From Steroidobacteraceae bacterium (lineage in GTDB: Bacteria; Pseudomonadota; Gammaproteobacteria; Steroidobacterales; Steroidobacteraceae), in assembly GCA_036802645.1 (NCBI GenBank), contig DAIRVV010000001.1, forward strand, positions 1 to 49,330: a stretch of 49,330 nucleotides of DNA, written 5' to 3'. The notes beneath the pieces were generated by a model. That model had not been told where the DNA came from. It saw only the letters and a program-made list of their open reading frames with translations, and did no database searches. Positions 26,148 through 35,745 of the stretch are shown here, one piece after another. The stretch's first letter is position 1, and each line of letters starts with the position of its first letter. Position numbers and translations under genes: made by a program.

Positions 26148-27983
26148 ATGAATCCACTCGGCCTGGTATCGCTCCTCGCGGTCCTGGGAATCCTCGCAGC
26201 CACACCGACGGCCGCGGCCGCCGACGACACGCTGCTCGGCCTCTGGTCGTATGAAACAAACTTCGGCACGCCGCTGCAAGGCGAGTTGACGGTCGTCCGC
26301 CGGAGTGACAAATGGCGCGCCACCGTCGGAAGCGTCACGACCGAGTTCAAACCGGAAGGCAAGGACATTCGCTTCGCATTTCCGGACGACGCGGGTCGCT
26401 TCCGCGGAACGATCGGAGAACGGGCGATCAGTGGCTTCTGGATTCGCCCCGCAGCGACGCAGGATCCGCGGTTTCCCGGCGGTTCCAGCCAGGCCTTCGC
26501 GACGCCGATGACGCTGGCACTGACGGGCCAGCACACCTTCATCGGCATCCTTCGCCCGCTCCCGAATCCATTTACGCTGTACCTCAGCATTTTCCGGAAT
26601 GACGAAGGCGTGCTCATGGCCGCATTCCGCAATCCCGAGCAGAATTCCCATGGGCCCGCAATGCAATACCGCGTGGCGCACGACGGCGATGACCTGCACT
26701 TCACCGCGGGCGCGGATCCCGCGGCACCGGAGTATCGTCTCGAGGCGAAGTACCTGGGCGGGGCGCGGCGCATTCGCATCGACTGGCCCGAGGGCGGCGG
26801 CAGGATCGAACTCGTCCGTCGCACGCCGGAAGAGGCAGCGAAGTTTTTTCCACGACCTTCGGGCAGCGCGCCTTACGTCTACCGTGAGCCCTCGGTGACA
26901 ACGGACGGCTGGGACACTGCGCGCGGGGGCGAGCTTGGGCTCGACGAAGCTGCGATCACGCGCATGCTGCAGTCGGTCATCGACGGCGATCCGGCCTCTC
27001 GCCGGCCGTCATTGATCCATTCGCTGCTCGTCGCCTACCGCGGCAAGCTCGTCATCGAGGAGTATTTCTACGGACACGAACGGGACCAGCCGCATGACCT
27101 GCGGTCTGCGGGCAAGACATTCTCGTCCGTCCTGCTCGGCTCACTCATGAAGCTCGACGGCAGTATCGGCCCCGACAGCAAGTTATACCCGCGGATGCAG
27201 GACCTGGAACCGTTCGGGAATCCCGATCCGCGCAAATCGCAGATCACCCTCGCCCATCTCATGACGCATTCGGCCGGACTTGCCTGCAACGATTACGACG
27301 ATGCATCGCCTGGAAACGAGAACAGGATGCAGACCCAGACCGCCCAGCCGGACTGGTGGAAGTACACTCTCGATCTGCCGATGGCCCACGATCCCGGTAC
27401 GCGCTATGCCTATTGTTCCGCGAACATCAACCTGATGGGCGGCGTGCTCACGCGCGCGTCGAAGACCTGGCTCCCGGAACTGTTCGAGAGGCATCTGGCG
27501 CGGCCACTGGATTTCGACGCCTGGCACTGGAACCTGATGCCGACCGGCGAGGGTTATCTCGGCGGCGGCGCCTATCTGCGGTCGCGCGACTTGCTGAAAG
27601 TCGGCCAGGTATATCTCGACGGCGGAACCTGGAAAGGCCGCCGGATCGTCAATGCCGCATGGGTCAGGGAATCCACCGCGCCGCGCATCAAGATCACGCG
27701 CGCGACGACGGGCCTGACCGAGGAAGAATTCGGCAACGCATACTCTGAGGGCGCCGACGCGCTCGCCTGGCATCTGACCGGCCTGCGCTCCGGCGAGCGC
27801 AGCTACACGGCCTATGCCGCGACGGGCAATGGCGGGCAGCTCCTGGTCGTTGCGCCGGACCTTCACCTGGTTGCAGTCTTCACCGGCGGAAACTACATGC
27901 AGGGCGGAATCTGGAACCGCTGGCCTGACCAATTGATCGGCGAATACATCGTTCCATCGATCCAAAAGGGGAGATTGCAATGA
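26148..27983 (+). CDS. Serine hydrolase (beta-lactamase / PBP-like family) with an extra N-terminal domain, secreted
   Basis: There is a signal peptide and an S-x-x-K motif (SAGKTF). Later blocks (H.SG, Y.YCSAN, GNGGQ) are beta-lactamase-family-like. Confidence 0.78.
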   Translation: MNPLGLVSLLAVLGILAATPTAAAADDTLLGLWSYETNFGTPLQGELTVVRRSDKWRATVGSVTTEFKPEGKDIRFAFPDDAGRFRGTIGERAISGFWIRPAATQDPRFPGGSSQAFATPMTLALTGQHTFIGILRPLPNPFTLYLSIFRNDEGVLMAAFRNPEQNSHGPAMQYRVAHDGDDLHFTAGADPAAPEYRLEAKYLGGARRIRIDWPEGGGRIELVRRTPEEAAKFFPRPSGSAPYVYREPSVTTDGWDTARGGELGLDEAAITRMLQSVIDGDPASRRPSLIHSLLVAYRGKLVIEEYFYGHERDQPHDLRSAGKTFSSVLLGSLMKLDGSIGPDSKLYPRMQDLEPFGNPDPRKSQITLAHLMTHSAGLACNDYDDASPGNENRMQTQTAQPDWWKYTLDLPMAHDPGTRYAYCSANINLMGGVLTRASKTWLPELFERHLARPLDFDAWHWNLMPTGEGYLGGGAYLRSRDLLKVGQVYLDGGTWKGRRIVNAAWVRESTAPRIKITRATTGLTEEEFGNAYSEGADALAWHLTGLRSGERSYTAYAATGNGGQLLVVAPDLHLVAVFTGGNYMQGGIWNRWPDQLIGEYIVPSIQKGRLQ

Positions 27984-28405
27984 AAAACGTCAACTGGGGC
28001 CGCTTCGTGCTCGGGGCCCTCATCGTCGCCGCGATCTGCTTCGTGAGCGACGGGTTCCTGCACCAGAAGGTAGTGAACGGGCAATGGGAAGCGCTCGTCG
28101 CGGCACTCGGCACCAGCTTTAAGGAGCATGCCGGCTGGTCCATGATCTATTTCGTTGTTTTCGAACTTGGCCGCGGCTTCCTGACGATGTACGTCTACGT
28201 GCTACTCCGCCCGCGGCTCGGCCCGAGCGCGACGACGGCCACCTGGGCGGGCGTCGTGGCCTGGGTCGCCTACTCGCTCACTGGTCCGGCGCAGTTCATA
28301 CCGCTCGGTTTCTACAGCGAGAGCCTCTGGATCTCGGTCGCCGCCTATCAGCTCGTTTTCTCGATCGTCGCGGCGATCGCGGGTGCAGCACCTTATAAAG
28401 AGTGA
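27980..28405 (+). CDS. Hypothetical membrane protein
   Basis: It has four hydrophobic segments. The start overlaps the hydrolase gene stop (ATGA). Confidence 0.5.
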   Translation: MKNVNWGRFVLGALIVAAICFVSDGFLHQKVVNGQWEALVAALGTSFKEHAGWSMIYFVVFELGRGFLTMYVYVLLRPRLGPSATTATWAGVVAWVAYSLTGPAQFIPLGFYSESLWISVAAYQLVFSIVAAIAGAAPYKE

Positions 28406-28422
28406 CTCAAGGAGGAAGCGTC

Positions 28423-29601
28423 ATGAAGATGACGGACAGGTACGCCTGGATACTTGGCGTGGCGATCGCAATCGCCACGCCGGCGGGCGCCGACATTGTC
28501 TCGGACTGGAATGCGAAAGCCTGCGAAACGGTCGCCGCGTCGAAACTCAATACGCCTGTGGCAAACCGGACGATGGCGATTGCACAAACGGCCGTGCTCG
28601 AAGCCATCAAGTTGTCGCCGGAAGGCTCGCGCGAGGCTGCCGTCGCGGCTGCAAACCACGCCGTACTGACGGCGCTGGTGCCTGCGCAGAAAGACGCAAT
28701 CGAGAGCGCCTACCGGGAAGCATTGGCCTCGATCGCCGCGGGCGACGCCCGGGACAAGGGTGTCGCCGCCGGCATGGAGGCCGCAACCCGGGTGATGAAT
28801 CTGCGCGCCGATGACGGCGCCTCGACGCCTGAGAGCTATCGGCCGGTAACTGCAGCCGGCGTTTACGTACCGACAACGGTTCCCGTCGTGTCCCAGTGGC
28901 CGCAGCGCAAGCCCTGGCTGATAACGAGCCCGTCGCAGTTCCGCCCGGCTCCGCCCCCGGAACTCGGAAGCAAAATCTGGGCGCGCGACTACAACGAAGT
29001 GAAGGCCCTCGGCGCGAAGGAAAAGTCCACCCGCACCGCGGAACAGACCGAGATCGCCCGTTTCTGGGAGGCCACGCTGCCCTCGATCTACTACGGCATC
29101 GTGCGCTCGGTCTCGGATCAGCCGGGCCGCGACGTCGCGGCGAATGCCCGCCTGTTCGCAAGCGTGGCACAGGGCATCGACGACGCCATCATCGCAGTCA
29201 TGGACGCCAAGTATCAGTACGCTTTCTGGCGTCCGATCACGGCGATCCGCAACGGCGACAAGGACGGCAATGACGCGACGGAGCGCGACGCCTCCTGGTC
29301 GCCGCTCATCGACACGCCGATGCATCCCGAGTACCCGTGTGCCCATTGCATCCTGGCTGCGACGGTCGGCACGCTCCTCCAGGCCGAGATCGGCGATGGA
29401 CCGGCACCGGCGCTGGCCACGTCCAGCTACATGGTCGAGGGATCGAAGCGCAGCTGGAAATCCACCGAGGAGTTCATCCAGGAAGTGGCGAATGCGCGCA
29501 TCTACGACGGCGTGCATTACCGCAATTCGACGGAGGTTGGGACCGCGATGGGACGCAAGATCGGCGCGCTGGCCGTACAGAAGCATTCCGGAACGCAATA
29601 G
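28423..29601 (+). CDS. PAP2-superfamily / vanadium haloperoxidase-like protein, secreted
   Basis: There is a signal peptide. PAP2 motif 1 is K-x6-RP (KYQYAFWRP). Motif 2 is HPEYPCAHC, a variant of PSGH. Motif 3 is RIYDGVHYRNS. AAGGAGGA precedes the ATG. Confidence 0.72.
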   Translation: MKMTDRYAWILGVAIAIATPAGADIVSDWNAKACETVAASKLNTPVANRTMAIAQTAVLEAIKLSPEGSREAAVAAANHAVLTALVPAQKDAIESAYREALASIAAGDARDKGVAAGMEAATRVMNLRADDGASTPESYRPVTAAGVYVPTTVPVVSQWPQRKPWLITSPSQFRPAPPPELGSKIWARDYNEVKALGAKEKSTRTAEQTEIARFWEATLPSIYYGIVRSVSDQPGRDVAANARLFASVAQGIDDAIIAVMDAKYQYAFWRPITAIRNGDKDGNDATERDASWSPLIDTPMHPEYPCAHCILAATVGTLLQAEIGDGPAPALATSSYMVEGSKRSWKSTEEFIQEVANARIYDGVHYRNSTEVGTAMGRKIGALAVQKHSGTQ

Positions 29602-29604
29602 CCC

Positions 29605-30030
29605 ATGCGATGGCTGTTCGACGATGCCGGCATCGACTGGAATGCGCTATCGGAGCTCTACCGAATCGCGCCACTCGGTGACAAAAGCGCCGCCGATCTA
29701 AAGGTCTGCTTCAAGAACAGCATGTTCAAGTGCCTCGTATTCGACGACGAGCTGCTCGTCGGCGCCGGGCGCGCCGTCGCGGACGGAATCGACTGCTCCT
29801 ATATCTGTGACGTCGCCGTGCACCCCGGCTATCAGGGCCGGGGTCTCGGCAAGGCCATCATCGACAAGCTCCGCGAGTTTTCGGCGACACATCGCAAGAT
29901 CATCCTGTACGCAAATCCCGGGAAGGAGGGCTTCTACAGGAAGCTCGGCTTCCTGCCGATGCGCACGGCAATGGCGATCTTCCGGAACAGGGAGCACGCG
30001 ATCCGTACCGGCCTGGTGGACGAGACGTGA
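29605..30030 (+). CDS. GNAT family N-acetyltransferase
   Basis: It has V.P.YQGRGLGKAII and FY.KLGF. Confidence 0.8.
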   Translation: MRWLFDDAGIDWNALSELYRIAPLGDKSAADLKVCFKNSMFKCLVFDDELLVGAGRAVADGIDCSYICDVAVHPGYQGRGLGKAIIDKLREFSATHRKIILYANPGKEGFYRKLGFLPMRTAMAIFRNREHAIRTGLVDET

Positions 30031-30419
30031 AGACCCGGGTCGCGGCGGCTTTCGCGTTCGCTTCTTTGTCCGCCTGCGGCGTGGCCACGGATCCTGCAAC
30101 GCGCCTTGCCGCCGACATCGAGGATGGCGCGGACCGGCTGCCGGAGCAGGATGGGTCGACGGACAGCATTCGCCATGCCACCCCGTCGCGATCCGGCCAG
30201 TGCGAGGGCCCTTACAAGCTGCAACTCGACAGGGTCGGAGCGATGATCGTCTGGTGCAAGAACGCCGCGGGCAAGACGGTCTCCAGCCACAGCACTTCGT
30301 CACATGCCCGCCACGTCGAGACGCCGCAGACCTATCTTGTCGACAAGCGTGCGGGCGATACGCTCGTCATTGAGCTCGAGCGGCGCGGCGGCCGCGCGGT
30401 CATCACGGACGTGCGGTGA
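30027..30419 (+). CDS. Hypothetical lipoprotein
   Basis: It has a lipobox-like FASLSAC. The GTG start overlaps the upstream stop (GTGA). Confidence 0.5.
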   Translation: MKTRVAAAFAFASLSACGVATDPATRLAADIEDGADRLPEQDGSTDSIRHATPSRSGQCEGPYKLQLDRVGAMIVWCKNAAGKTVSSHSTSSHARHVETPQTYLVDKRAGDTLVIELERRGGRAVITDVR

Positions 30420-30429
30420 GGAGCCGGAT

Positions 30430-30780
30430 ATGAACAAGTATCAGGGCAGCTGTCATTGCGGGCGCATCGCATACGAAGTCGAGGCTGAAATCACCGAAGT
30501 CACGCAGTGCAACTGCTCGCATTGCAGTCGCAAAGGCTACCTGCTGACTTTCGTGCCCCGGCAGCAGGTCAAGCTGACCACCCCGGAGACAAACCTCAGC
30601 ACCTACCAGTTCAACAAGCACCGCATCGCTCATCATTTCTGCAATGTCTGCGGCTGCGCGCCGATCGCGTTCGGCAAGGACTCGAAGGGTAACGAGGTGG
30701 CCTCGATCAACGTGCGTTGCCTGCCGGATTTCGACGTTTCCAGGGTCAAGATCAATGATTTCAATGGACGGAGCTTGTGA
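30430..30780 (+). CDS. GFA family protein
   Basis: It has GSCHCG ... CNCSHC ... FCNVCG. Confidence 0.85.
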   Translation: MNKYQGSCHCGRIAYEVEAEITEVTQCNCSHCSRKGYLLTFVPRQQVKLTTPETNLSTYQFNKHRIAHHFCNVCGCAPIAFGKDSKGNEVASINVRCLPDFDVSRVKINDFNGRSL

Positions 30781-32147
30781 CACGGAAGTCCGCAGATGAA
30801 GAGACACCCAAGCCGCTGATCGACGCCGCCCGGCGCGGCCAGAAGTACCTCGACGAGCTCGGCTCGCGACCCGTATTTCCGCGTCCGGAGAACCTGCGCC
30901 GTCTCGAGTCAGCGCTTGCGACTAGCATGCCGGCCGGACCGACGCCCGCCGACGACGTCCTCGCGTTCATGGACGACTACGGCTCTCCCGCCACGGTGGC
31001 ATCCGCGGGTGGGCGCTACTTCGGTTTCGTGACGGGCGGCGCGCTGCCGGCCACCGCCGCGGCGCACACCCTCGCGACGGCCTGGGACCAGAACTGCTTC
31101 AGCTACACGAGCTCGCCCGCCGCGGCACTCTTCGAGCAGACGGCGCTCCGGTGGCTGAAGGAACTGTTCGGTTTTCCCGCTGACTCCGAGGGCACGTTCG
31201 TGACCGGAGCGACGATGGCGAACTTCACGGGCCTGGCCGCGGCTCGTCATGAGGTGCTGCGCAAGATTGGCTGGGACGTCGACAAGCACGGCCTGCGAGG
31301 CGCGCCTGCGATCCAGGTCATCGCGGGCGACCAGGCGCACTCCACGCTCTTCAAGATGATCTCCCTGCTCGGCCTCGGGCGCGCGCACGTGGTGCGTGTG
31401 CCGGTGGACGCGCAAGGCCGGATGATCGTTTCGGCTCTGCCCGTGATCCAGGCGCCGGCCATCGTCTGCATCCAGGCCGGCAACGTGAACTCGGGCTCCT
31501 TCGATCCCGCAGCGGAGATCATCGCGCGCGCCCATGCTGCCAGCGCGTGGGTGCACGTCGACGGGGCCTTCGGTCTCTGGGCGAAAACGTCGCCGAAGCG
31601 CGCGCAGCTCATGGCGGGCTTCGAAGCCGCCGACTCCTGGGCGACGGATGCGCACAAATGGCTGAACGTCCCATACGACTGCGGCGTCGCCTTCGTGAGC
31701 AAGGCCGAGAGCCTCCGCGCCTCCATGTCCATCACCGGCGACTACCTGCTCCTCGGCCAGCACCGCGATGCCATCGATCTCACGCCGGACAGCTCGCGCC
31801 GCGCGCGCGGCATCGATGTCTGGGCGGCCCTGCGGCAGCTCGGCCGCAGCGGGCTGGCCGAACTGATCGACCGCCATTGCGACCAGGCACGCTGGCTCGC
31901 GGACCAGCTGGCCCTCGCCGGCGTCGAGATCCTCAACGACGTCGTCCTGAACCAGGTCGTCGTCGCATTCGGCGATGACGAGCGCACGAAGAAGGCGATC
32001 GCCGCATTGCAGAAAGCGGGTGATTGCTGGTGCGGGGGAACGCGCTGGCAGGGTCGCGAGGCGATGCGGATCAGCATCAGCTCCTGGGCGACGACGCAGG
32101 ACGATATCGAGATCACATGCAGGGCCATTCTTGGTGCGGCGAGGTGA
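30777..32147 (+). CDS. PLP-dependent group II decarboxylase family protein
   Basis: It has TGATMANF and the PLP-lysine block [13 protein letters not shown]. The GTG start overlaps the upstream stop (GTGA). Confidence 0.78.
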   Translation: MTRKSADEETPKPLIDAARRGQKYLDELGSRPVFPRPENLRRLESALATSMPAGPTPADDVLAFMDDYGSPATVASAGGRYFGFVTGGALPATAAAHTLATAWDQNCFSYTSSPAAALFEQTALRWLKELFGFPADSEGTFVTGATMANFTGLAAARHEVLRKIGWDVDKHGLRGAPAIQVIAGDQAHSTLFKMISLLGLGRAHVVRVPVDAQGRMIVSALPVIQAPAIVCIQAGNVNSGSFDPAAEIIARAHAASAWVHVDGAFGLWAKTSPKRAQLMAGFEAADSWATDAHKWLNVPYDCGVAFVSKAESLRASMSITGDYLLLGQHRDAIDLTPDSSRRARGIDVWAALRQLGRSGLAELIDRHCDQARWLADQLALAGVEILNDVVLNQVVVAFGDDERTKKAIAALQKAGDCWCGGTRWQGREAMRISISSWATTQDDIEITCRAILGAAR

Positions 32148-32152
32148 CGAAC

Positions 32153-32560
32153 ATGCATCGCAGACAATCCTGGTTCACGCGCTTCGCCAAGAAGGCCGCG
32201 CATTTCACGGGCCGGCCCGCGGCGTTCGGCATTGCCGCCGGCTCCATCTTCGTCTGGTTGCTCTCCGGCCCGATATTCGGATTCAGCGAAATCTGGCAGC
32301 TCGTCGTCAACACGCTCACCACCATCGTCACGTTCCTGATGGTGTTCCTGATCCAGAACACCCAGAACCGCGATACTGCGGCCATCCAGATCAAGCTCGA
32401 CGAGCTGATCCGTGTCACCAGGGGCCACAACGCCCTGATGGATCTCGAGGAGCTGGACGAAGAGGAGCTCGAGGCATTTCGAAGGAAGTACGAAAAGCTT
32501 GCCGCGAAGGCGCGCAAGATGAGCGAAGGGTCCGACGATACGGACAGCCCCGAGCCTTAG
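32153..32560 (+). CDS. Low-affinity iron permease family protein
   Basis: [41 protein letters not shown] is a very characteristic block. Confidence 0.8.
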   Translation: MHRRQSWFTRFAKKAAHFTGRPAAFGIAAGSIFVWLLSGPIFGFSEIWQLVVNTLTTIVTFLMVFLIQNTQNRDTAAIQIKLDELIRVTRGHNALMDLEELDEEELEAFRRKYEKLAAKARKMSEGSDDTDSPEP

Positions 32561-32588
32561 GCGAGGTCGAACTGAATGAGGGTCAGGA

Positions 32589-33005
32589 ATGAATAGAAAA
32601 CAATTCACGGTCGCATCGCTGCTCGCGCTTGCTCTCGGAGCATCGGTATGTGCCGTGGCCGACGACCTGCCGGTCTTTCGTCAAGGCCTTTGGGAATTCG
32701 ACCGCAGCGTCGATGGCGGTGATGGCAAGCCGGTGGCGCTGACCACCCAGAAGTGCAGCGATCCGACGGCGGACATGAAGAAAAAGAATGAAGAAGCGCT
32801 CGGGACTTGCAAGATGAGCCCGATCGCGCGAAGCGGCAACATTTACACCTTCAGCGCCGAATGCACGATTCTGGGAGTTTCGATGCAGTCCAAGAGTGTC
32901 ATCACCGCCGAAAGCGATTCCGCCTATCGCGTCGACATTGACGCCCTCCAGGACGGGATTACCACGAAAGAATTGCTCATGGCAAAGCGGGTGGGCGACT
33001 GCTGA
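32589..33005 (+). CDS. DUF3617 family protein, secreted
   Basis: There is a signal peptide, G.WE ... QKC... and spaced cysteines typical of DUF3617. Confidence 0.65.
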   Translation: MNRKQFTVASLLALALGASVCAVADDLPVFRQGLWEFDRSVDGGDGKPVALTTQKCSDPTADMKKKNEEALGTCKMSPIARSGNIYTFSAECTILGVSMQSKSVITAESDSAYRVDIDALQDGITTKELLMAKRVGDC

Positions 33006-33012
33006 TCACGTA

Positions 33013-34101
33013 ATGCTGCACAGGAACGTCTTCGGCACGCCAGCCTGGAGCTTTGTTCTGCCGCTCGCCGCCTGCCTCCTGCTGGCGGCGGTCTGGGATA
33101 GGCCGCTCGCCTGGGTTCTGCTCTGTGTTGTCGTCCTGACCCTGTTTGCGTCGGTATTTGCGGCTGTCCACCACGCCGAGGTCATTGCGCTTCGCGTCGG
33201 CGAGCCCTTCGGCACGCTGGTCCTGGCGCTCGCCGTGACCGTCATCGAGGCCTCCCTGATCGTCGCGCTGATGCTCACCGGCGGTGAAGCCGCGAGCGCG
33301 CTCGCCCGCGACACGGTCTTCGCGACAGTCATGATCATCTGCAATGGCGTCGTCGGCCTGTGCCTTCTGCTCGGAGCGCTGCGCCACCACGTGCTCGATT
33401 TCCGGGTCGAAGGCACGAATCCCGCGTTCTCCGTGCTCGCAACGCTTGCCACGCTCACACTGGTCCTGCCCAGCTTCACCGTGACCGAGCCCGGCCCGCG
33501 TTTCTCGCCATCGCAGCTCGTGTTTGCCGGCGTCGTGTCGCTCGCCCTCTACGCGGTGTTCGTCTTCGTGCAGACCGTGCGCCACCGCGAGTATTTCCTG
33601 CCTCTCGAGGGAGAGGCCGACGAGCCGGATGCGCACGCGCCATCGCTGTCCGTGGCATGGACGAGCTTCGGTCTGCTGCTCCTCTCGCTCGTCGCCGTCG
33701 TCGGGCTCGCCAAGAGCCTGTCGCCGAATATCGGCCAGGCGGTCGAGAACGCTTCGGTTCCCCACACGGTCGTCGGCATCGCGATTGCGCTCATGGTACT
33801 ACTGCCCGAGACCTGGGCGGCGGCACGCGCCGCGACGCGGAACCGCATGCAGACGAGCTTCAACCTCGCGCTCGGGTCCGCGCTCGCGACGATCGGGCTC
33901 ACGATCCCGGTCGTCGTCGCGACGTCATTCGCCCTCGACCTGCCCCTCGTCCTCGGGCTCGACGAAAAGGAGATCGCGATTCTGGCGCTGACGCTCCTGA
34001 TCACGGCCATGACCGTCTCCCGCGGTCGCGCCACGGTGCTCCAGGGCGCGGTGCACCTCGTCCTGTTCGCGGTATTTCTCTTCCTGGCGGTCGTGCCTTA
34101 G
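33013..34101 (+). CDS. Calcium/proton antiporter (CaCA family, ChaA-like)
   Basis: It is a polytopic membrane protein with HHAEV.A...GEP.G.L.LA..VT.IE. The start is the internal ATG of ORF 32896..34101. Confidence 0.78.
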   Translation: MLHRNVFGTPAWSFVLPLAACLLLAAVWDRPLAWVLLCVVVLTLFASVFAAVHHAEVIALRVGEPFGTLVLALAVTVIEASLIVALMLTGGEAASALARDTVFATVMIICNGVVGLCLLLGALRHHVLDFRVEGTNPAFSVLATLATLTLVLPSFTVTEPGPRFSPSQLVFAGVVSLALYAVFVFVQTVRHREYFLPLEGEADEPDAHAPSLSVAWTSFGLLLLSLVAVVGLAKSLSPNIGQAVENASVPHTVVGIAIALMVLLPETWAAARAATRNRMQTSFNLALGSALATIGLTIPVVVATSFALDLPLVLGLDEKEIAILALTLLITAMTVSRGRATVLQGAVHLVLFAVFLFLAVVP

Positions 34102-34133
34102 GTCAGAATCGCCGGGTCACAGGGGGGTTTAAC

Positions 34134-35354
34134 GTGACTGACAACCGTCAGACGCGCAGGCGCGTCCTGCAGACCCTGCTCGCGGGTCCGATGCTCGCTG
34201 GGCTGGGGCCTGCCATCAAGGCTTTCGGCCAGGATGCGGATCCGCTCATCACCGCCGCGGACAAGGCGCTCGACGTATTTGATTTCGAGCGCGTCGCGCG
34301 CTCCGTCCTGCCGCCCGCGCACTTCGGCTATCTCGCGACGGGCGTCGACGGCGATGCGACGCTCCACGCCAACGCCGCGGGCTTTGCGAATTACGGCCTG
34401 CGGGTCCGCCGGTTCGTCGATCTCAGCAGGATCGACATGTCCGTCAATCTCTTCGGCACGAGCTGGGATTCACCGATCGTCATCGATCCGGTCGGCAGCC
34501 AGCGCGCATTCCATCCGGACGGCGAGCTCGCAACGGCGCGGGCAGCCAGGTCGATGAAGCATCTCCAGATCCTTTCGACGGTCGCGTCCACTTCCGTCGA
34601 AGACGTCACCGCTGCGCGTGGCGCACCGATCTGGTATCAGCTCTATCCCACCGACCAGTGGGCCATTACACAGGCACTCGTGCGCCGCGCCGAAGCGGCG
34701 GGCTGCCCGGTCATGGCGCTGACGGCGGATCTACAGGGAGGGTCCAACCGCCTGACGCTATCGCGCTCGATTCCGCGCGATTCACGCGATTGCACGGCCT
34801 GCCATACGACCGACCGGACCAGGCTCAGCGGTTTCATCACCGGCAAGCCGATGTTCAGCGGCCTCGACATCGCGGCGGTCACCGACCTGACTCCGATCGA
34901 CATGACCTGGGACTATCTCAAGCGGCTGCGCGACATCTGGCCGCGGAAACTCGTCGTCAAGGGCATCGTGACGCGCGAGGACGCCGAGCTCGCAATCGAA
35001 CATGGCGTGGACGGCCTGATCGTCTCCAATCACGGCGGGCGAGCGGAGGACAGCGGGCGCTCATCGATCGACAGCCTTGCGGAAGTTGCCGATGGCGTCC
35101 GGGGGCGCGTGCCGGTCATCGTCGACGGCGGCTTCCGCCGCGGCTCGGATATCTTCAAGGCCCTCGCACTCGGCGCGAGCGCCGTCGCCATCGGGCGGCC
35201 CTATATCTGGGGCCTTGCGTCCTTCGGCCAGGAAGGCGTCGAGAGAGTCCTCTCGATCCTGCGCAATGAACTGTTGCTTTGCATGCGCCAGGCGGGCACG
35301 CGAAACATCGCCGAGATCAACCGGTCCTATATCGTGGACAACCGGCGCGCTTAG
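34134..35354 (+). CDS. FMN-dependent alpha-hydroxy-acid oxidase/dehydrogenase family protein with twin-arginine signal
   Basis: It has a QTRRRVL Tat-like N-terminus. VVKGI, VSNHGGR and DGGFRRGSDIFKALALGA are the family signature. GTG 34134 is preceded by AGGGGGG. Confidence 0.85.
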   Translation: MTDNRQTRRRVLQTLLAGPMLAGLGPAIKAFGQDADPLITAADKALDVFDFERVARSVLPPAHFGYLATGVDGDATLHANAAGFANYGLRVRRFVDLSRIDMSVNLFGTSWDSPIVIDPVGSQRAFHPDGELATARAARSMKHLQILSTVASTSVEDVTAARGAPIWYQLYPTDQWAITQALVRRAEAAGCPVMALTADLQGGSNRLTLSRSIPRDSRDCTACHTTDRTRLSGFITGKPMFSGLDIAAVTDLTPIDMTWDYLKRLRDIWPRKLVVKGIVTREDAELAIEHGVDGLIVSNHGGRAEDSGRSSIDSLAEVADGVRGRVPVIVDGGFRRGSDIFKALALGASAVAIGRPYIWGLASFGQEGVERVLSILRNELLLCMRQAGTRNIAEINRSYIVDNRRA

Positions 35355-35358
35355 TGAA

Positions 35359-35745
35359 ATGCCGCTCACCACGCGCAATCCGGCGGGCGTATTTCCGCCT
35401 TATCGCTCGTACAGCCACGCGGTCGAAGTCGCGGCCGGCTCGCGGCTGCTCTTCATCAGCGGCCTGAATGGCTATGAACCGGATGGCAAGTCCATGCCCG
35501 ATTCCTTCGAGGGCCAGGCCGAGCTGATCTGGGCGCATCTGCAAACGATTCTCGAGAATGCCGGCATGGGCCTGGACTGCCTCGTGTCCCTGCGCTTCTA
35601 TCTCGCGGACCCGCAGTACGACGAGGCCAATGTCCGGCTGCGCGTGAAATACCTCGGTTCGCATCGGCCGGCGCTGACGGTGGTCTGTTGCCGCTTGCTC
35701 GAGCCGCAGTGGAAGATCGAAGTCGAGGCCGTCGCTGCCGCCTAG
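35359..35745 (+). CDS. RidA/YjgF family protein
   Basis: It has YSHAV......LFISG and a C-terminal IEVEA typical of RidA-family proteins. Confidence 0.82.
   Translation: MPLTTRNPAGVFPPYRSYSHAVEVAAGSRLLFISGLNGYEPDGKSMPDSFEGQAELIWAHLQTILENAGMGLDCLVSLRFYLADPQYDEANVRLRVKYLGSHRPALTVVCCRLLEPQWKIEVEAVAAA

Noticed and set aside
28393-29598. 401-aa minus-strand ORF almost exactly co-extensive with the + strand PAP2-like gene.
   Set aside because: The + strand frame carries a signal peptide, a strong Shine-Dalgarno sequence and all three PAP2 motifs. The antisense translation is Arg/Gly/Ala-rich low-complexity sequence, typical of shadow ORFs in high-GC DNA.
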